Source: an uncultured virus (IMG/VR IMGVR_UViG_2049941000_000011) (taxonomy: Duplodnaviria > Heunggongvirae > Uroviricota > Caudoviricetes). Taken from it: a stretch of 20,000 nt of DNA. Made by a program: the position numbers and the translations under genes. The notes beneath the pieces were generated by a model. That model saw only the letters and a list, made by a program, of their open reading frames with translations. It did not search any database and was not told where the DNA came from. Of the stretch, positions 16,427-20,000 are shown in pieces. Positions within the stretch are counted from its first letter, which is position 1. Each line of letters starts with the position of its first letter. The stretch lies in IMG/VR virus record IMGVR_UViG_2049941000_000011; one strand, 5' to 3'.

Positions 16427-16873
16427 CTAGAGCTTCAGCGTGGCCTTTGGTGGTTGCCTGTATATGAATCCCAGTTCGTCCCTGACGCACTCTTCTATCC
16501 ACTTTTCGACATCTACGTGTCCACGTCTGGTAATTATAGGGTGACTGTGGTCTTTGCCCTCGTGACTAAGCGAAGCCGATAATGATATCTCGTAATCGCC
16601 CGTGATATGTTGATAGATTTCTTCAGGATCAGGATATAAAACTAATTGATAGTCTGGTAAAGGATTAATTGTTCCGTCTCTCGCAACATCGTGTGTCACC
16701 TTATATATAACAAATTGTTGTTGTTCATCATTTTCATCAAGAAACAGAACAGAAGCGCCCGGATGACCAAAATTCTCTCTGATCGCATTCATCACGCTAT
16801 GCGCCCATTCTTTATCTAATGTAATAATATCACCAACCTGATATCGTCCTTTTAACATTTTAATTTTAAACAT
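16427..16873 (-). CDS. MFKIK-tagged protein with KOW/SH3-like start (array C)
   Basis: GGAG RBS; YQVGDIITL; 8-nt ATGTTTAA overlap. Confidence 0.85.
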   Translation of the reverse strand: MFKIKMLKGRYQVGDIITLDKEWAHSVMNAIRENFGHPGASVLFLDENDEQQQFVIYKVTHDVARDGTINPLPDYQLVLYPDPEEIYQHITGDYEISLSASLSHEGKDHSHPIITRRGHVDVEKWIEECVRDELGFIYRQPPKATLKL

Positions 16874-17231
16874 CTTTATCTCCCACGTATTTTCCGTCTG
16901 TGTCGGTTACTTCATCAAGCAATCTACCGTAATATCCGTATTCGCGTCTCCACTCCTCTTCGCTGATCTTTTTTAAATCCTTGCGATGGAAACAATACTT
17001 AATTCCATTATAATCCCTGATGTCCACCAAATAATGACACGAGGCTCCCTCACTAGGATCTGCCTGGACAACTATTCCAATATATGTCTTGGTGTTTATA
17101 ACTTCCTTGCTATCCAGCACCAAAGTATTCATCACGCCATCTTCGCCGCCTTGAGAGCCGCGTGTGACCTGCTCTTTACATATAACTATGTCGCCTGGTT
17201 GTAATGGCCCGAAATCTTTAATTTTAAACAT
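16866..17231 (-). CDS. MFKIK-tagged protein with KOW/SH3-like start (array C)
   Basis: LQPGDIVIC...YIGIVVQ...YLVDI; 8-nt overlap. Confidence 0.85.
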   Translation of the reverse strand: MFKIKDFGPLQPGDIVICKEQVTRGSQGGEDGVMNTLVLDSKEVINTKTYIGIVVQADPSEGASCHYLVDIRDYNGIKYCFHRKDLKKISEEEWRREYGYYGRLLDEVTDTDGKYVGDKDV

Positions 17232-17736
17232 GATCTTTCCATAACCCCCTTGCTTGTAATAAAGCTATACAATCGTTGCCAACCCTACCTAGATTGTGAG
17301 ATTTGCGCCACTCCATTCTTCCAAGAGGAATATTCATGACATGAGTCTCATCACATTCCAGATCAGGCGCACGCACGATATCACTAAACTTATATCTAAC
17401 GACGCACTTATCTCGATCTACATCTCTTCTTTTGAGCAGACTCGTGCTGAGAATGACGTTGCGGCAATTCTCCTTAATACTTTCGTAAGAGCACTTCAAT
17501 TTATTACATGTCACAACAGTGTCCGCCAAATATTTAATAATATCATCAGCAATAATGACATCGTATGTATCTACTGACACAAAAATCGGTGGATCCCATC
17601 CTTTTTGTTCCTGCAGCTCACGGCGATAGGTTTTCGCCTGGACAATCCCCATAATAACACACGATGGATCTACATCATCTTGCCAGCACACAACGTCACC
17701 GACTTCAGCTTGGCTCCTAAATTTGATCTTAAACAT
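17224..17736 (-). CDS. MFKIK-tagged protein with KOW/SH3-like start (array C)
   Basis: AAGGT RBS; AEVGDVVCW...IMGIVQ...YDVII. Confidence 0.85.
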   Translation of the reverse strand: MFKIKFRSQAEVGDVVCWQDDVDPSCVIMGIVQAKTYRRELQEQKGWDPPIFVSVDTYDVIIADDIIKYLADTVVTCNKLKCSYESIKENCRNVILSTSLLKRRDVDRDKCVVRYKFSDIVRAPDLECDETHVMNIPLGRMEWRKSHNLGRVGNDCIALLQARGLWKDHV

Positions 17737-17738
17737 AT

Positions 17739-18008
17739 TTATTTACCTTTCGCCTCACTTGCATCGTCTAGCGTCCCTTCTAATGCTCGTCTAAGTAATT
17801 GTGTCTTTCCACTACAACGAGCACCCACGAACACAGTATACGTGCCGCCGCTGCCAGCGCCCATTGATCCCCAGGTCTTCATGAAATCTTCCCATTCCTT
17901 CGCCATGTTGTCAATCTTGGTGTGGGAGAATTTCTGTTTACTCTTCGGCAGGGCCCTTATTTTTTGTTGCTTCTTAATTTTGTTTTCTATAGATGGAATT
18001 TTAAACAT
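17739..18008 (-). CDS. MFKIP-tagged 89-aa protein with an orphan Walker A motif (array C)
   Basis: GAGG RBS, ATG 18008; TVFVGARCSGKTQLL near the C-terminus. Confidence 0.8.
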   Translation of the reverse strand: MFKIPSIENKIKKQQKIRALPKSKQKFSHTKIDNMAKEWEDFMKTWGSMGAGSGGTYTVFVGARCSGKTQLLRRALEGTLDDASEAKGK

Positions 18009-18010
18009 AT

Positions 18011-18343
18011 CTATTTTTTCCTCTTTATCTGAAGAGTGGCATCGGTCCATTTTCTTTTTAGCTCTTCATATTGATCAACCTCATGAACAACAGCCACATC
18101 TTCAGCAACTTTTTTCGCGGCGGCGTTCATCATTGCTTGATATAGTTTTATTTGATAATCTTTATAATCAGAATCTATAGCTATATCGACAGATGGAGTG
18201 ATACTGCTCTCAGCACATCTATCTGCTGCCTCAGGATCTATCTCTACCTCTATATCGGGCTTACTCCATCCCGCCAGTCCTTGCATGACTTCTATAAGTT
18301 TTCTTCTTCTGATCTCTCGTTCTATTTTTGGAATCTTGAACAT
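18011..18343 (-). CDS. MFKIP-tagged hypothetical protein (array C)
   Basis: GAGGT RBS; MFKIPKIEREI resembles MFKIPSIENKI of the next gene. Confidence 0.85.
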   Translation of the reverse strand: MFKIPKIEREIRRRKLIEVMQGLAGWSKPDIEVEIDPEAADRCAESSITPSVDIAIDSDYKDYQIKLYQAMMNAAAKKVAEDVAVVHEVDQYEELKRKWTDATLQIKRKK

Positions 18344-18515
18344 ATTCTCTTACCTCTATTGGTGCTACATCTAGTGATGGGTATGTCTCTTTATATAGAC
18401 GGCTAGCTCCATGGAAACCCAGGATCCTGTAGAACTCTACATATATCTCGCCTTCTTTACGCCCACCTTCAATCACACATTGTATTTTTCTCTCGAACCT
18501 TCTTATTCTAAACAT
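18261..18515 (-). CDS. MFRIR-tagged hypothetical protein (array C), overlapping the next gene by 83 nt
   Basis: Starts 1 nt after the upstream TGA; reads through the next start because ATGTTCAAG has no in-frame stop. Confidence 0.7.
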   Translation of the reverse strand: MFRIRRFERKIQCVIEGGRKEGEIYVEFYRILGFHGASRLYKETYPSLDVAPIEVREYVQDSKNRTRDQKKKTYRSHARTGGME

Positions 18516-18516
18516 A

Positions 18517-18894
18517 TCAGAACCCTTTGAAATGCATCACAAGCTTCATATATTCTTCTTCAGATAAATCGAAGTTCTTACAGCTATCTTTATATATAGG
18601 TCCAAGTTCATAATGAGCATGTGTCGGTGAATCGCTATCTACGGTAATGCTATTATGCTCTATAGGAAGCAAGTCACCTCTAGGGAGAAAGGAATCACCA
18701 CCCGTACCCCAATCTATATCGAACGTTGCACCCATCTGAGGATCCATAGAATCTATTTGATAGGCAGCTGGAGTTATATGTTTAACGATACATCTATATA
18801 GGGTTCCACCTGTATCTCTAATCATAGGGTTAATTTTAAATATATATACAAGTTCCCCGATTTTGAATTGATGACGTCTATAGATTTTAAACAT
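18517..18894 (-). CDS. MFKIY-tagged protein with KOW/SH3-like start (array C, first gene)
   Basis: GAGGT RBS; FKIGELVYI...YRCIVKHITPAAYQI. Confidence 0.85.
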   Translation of the reverse strand: MFKIYRRHQFKIGELVYIFKINPMIRDTGGTLYRCIVKHITPAAYQIDSMDPQMGATFDIDWGTGGDSFLPRGDLLPIEHNSITVDSDSPTHAHYELGPIYKDSCKNFDLSEEEYMKLVMHFKGF

Positions 18895-18911
18895 ACTTTA
18901 CCTCTACTAAT

Positions 18912-18940
18912 ATTATACACGGAAATGGATATATATACAA
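18912..18940 (-). promoter_or_regulatory. sigma70/sigmaA-type promoter for array C
   Basis: Minus strand TTGTAT (18940-18935), 17 bp, TATAAT (18917-18912), just upstream of the RBS of 18894. Confidence 0.8.
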
Positions 18941-19115
18941 GGAAATTAAGTGTCTCACAAACATAAAAGTGTTGCAAAAAAAGACACACAAGACAAGACA
19001 ACTTCAGCTCTCCCTAATACGTGTCTGTATCTTCCTATACCTTTCTCTTTATTTTTATATCTCCCTCTCTCTATCGCATAATGCGTAGCGCGTATGCACT
19101 AGGCGTGCCTCTACA

Positions 19116-19180
19116 TATACGCATGCGTATAAGAATATCTTAGTAAAGACGTCTTTAGTAAGGATGTCCTTAGCAAAGAA
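19116..19180. repeat. array of abutting palindromes / about 15-bp tandem repeats
   Basis: TATACGCATGCGTATA (19116-19131), then TAAGAATATCTTA-G-TAAAGACGTCTTTA-G-TAAGGATGTCCTTA-G (19130-19173). Confidence 0.75.
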
Positions 19181-19358
19181 ATATTTTATTTATATGTGTT
19201 GCGTTTACACTTAATTTATATATATGTATGGGTGTGTTTAGAACATATTGTATTTGCACCTTTTTACAAGATAATTTTATTATCAATTCACACCTTTTTA
19301 CAACAAAAGAAGAATACGAAAGAAAATAAAGAAAGAAAAAGTAACATAAAAAGAAAGA

Positions 19359-19368
19359 NNNNNNNNNN
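19359..19368. other. assembly/scaffold gap
   Basis: 10 N bases inside an A-rich tract. Confidence 0.99.
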
Positions 19369-19550
19369 AAAAAAATTTTTTCTGCGTGTCTGCTGCTGCA
19401 TCCACTTAGCAAATTTCGAATACGAAATTTCATTTCGGTAGGGAATTTTTTACTGGGGCTTTTTACTTGGGCCGCGAACAGACGCTCACTCATAAGCCCC
19501 TGGCGGGACTTATTCGTTCGCGAAGATAACGATGGGGATGTGTGGGGAGA

Positions 19551-19582
19551 AAAATAAAAAAAAGAACCCTATTACGGATTCT
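19551..19582 (-). terminator. rho-independent terminator
   Basis: Minus strand AGAATCC-GTAATA-GGGTTCT followed by a long T-run, just downstream of the 19600 stop. Confidence 0.8.
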
Positions 19583-19599
19583 ATTTATCGTATTTCTAT

Positions 19600-19953
19600 T
19601 TACTTTACGTGACCGTGAGTACAAGAATGACACTTACTATAAAGAGTATTTTCATCTTTATAAGGACAAGTAGAGCATGGATTTGGTACTATACAAGATT
19701 CTGCCTTTGTTGTTAGAGCTAGAGCTACAGCTTTAAGATCTACAGTTCTAGATTCACATTCACTTCTGCGTACTTTATGTTCTGCATTGCAATGAGGACA
19801 AACTACAGTCACACGACCATTTAGGCATCTCTCAATTCTGATACAATCTTCATCCTCAAACTCATAAACGCATCCACAGATAGGACAAGTGGTTGTATAG
19901 ATTAAGTGTTCTTTTTTATTTAAGTCTTTACCAGGTTTAATAATTCTTCTCAT
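19600..19953 (-). CDS. Cys-rich zinc-ribbon protein
   Basis: GGAG RBS; CPICGC, CPHC, CSTC, CHSC (four CxxC pairs). Confidence 0.8.
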   Translation of the reverse strand: MRRIIKPGKDLNKKEHLIYTTTCPICGCVYEFEDEDCIRIERCLNGRVTVVCPHCNAEHKVRRSECESRTVDLKAVALALTTKAESCIVPNPCSTCPYKDENTLYSKCHSCTHGHVK

Positions 19954-20000
19954 ATTTTTATTTCTCCATATTAACTAAGTCATTGTAAGTATTTTCATCG

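Noticed and set aside
3146..18050. Longer ORF-track starts (3146, 3460, 3939, 6498, 6686, 10517, 12654, 13021, 15430, 18050)
   Set aside because: They overlap upstream genes, leaders or promoters, or lack an RBS; downstream ATGs have properly spaced Shine-Dalgarno sequences.
19170..19493. ORFs 19170-19493 (-) and 19196-19441 (+)
   Set aside because: Both span the N gap and low-complexity A/T tracts; no convincing RBS.
1..20000. Alternative genetic code (TAG or TGA recoding)
   Set aside because: TAA, TAG and TGA all end genes right at the next RBS or start, and the standard code already gives dense, unfragmented coding.

Overview
AT-rich, densely packed region of about 50 mostly small genes with strong Firmicutes-type RBSs (AGGAGG/GGAGGT) and sigma-A-type promoters. 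It reads as the accessory or early region of a large phage or phage-like element, probably of a Bacillota host (inference); there are no structural, rRNA, tRNA or CRISPR features. Genes run on + from 1 to 15902 and on - from 16427 to the end, converging on a curved non-coding segment. Recognisable products are a DpnD/PcfM-like protein, a Gp88-like Cys-rich protein, two degenerate DprA/Smf paralogs, a FETNSSS-motif protein, a YubB-like protein, an FtsK/SpoIIIE ATPase fused to a SprT-like HExxH domain, and a Zn-ribbon protein. The main observation is that 20 small proteins from several apparently unrelated families start with the same N-terminal peptide, M-(S/G)?-F-[KR]-[ILV] (one variant MVKIK). 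They lie in three arrays plus one singleton next to the FtsK gene. Codons in the motif vary synonymously, and Phe is predicted to sit at residue 2 after Met excision, so this is a candidate undescribed N-terminal targeting or degradation tag. Family calls are from motif recognition by eye, not database searches.
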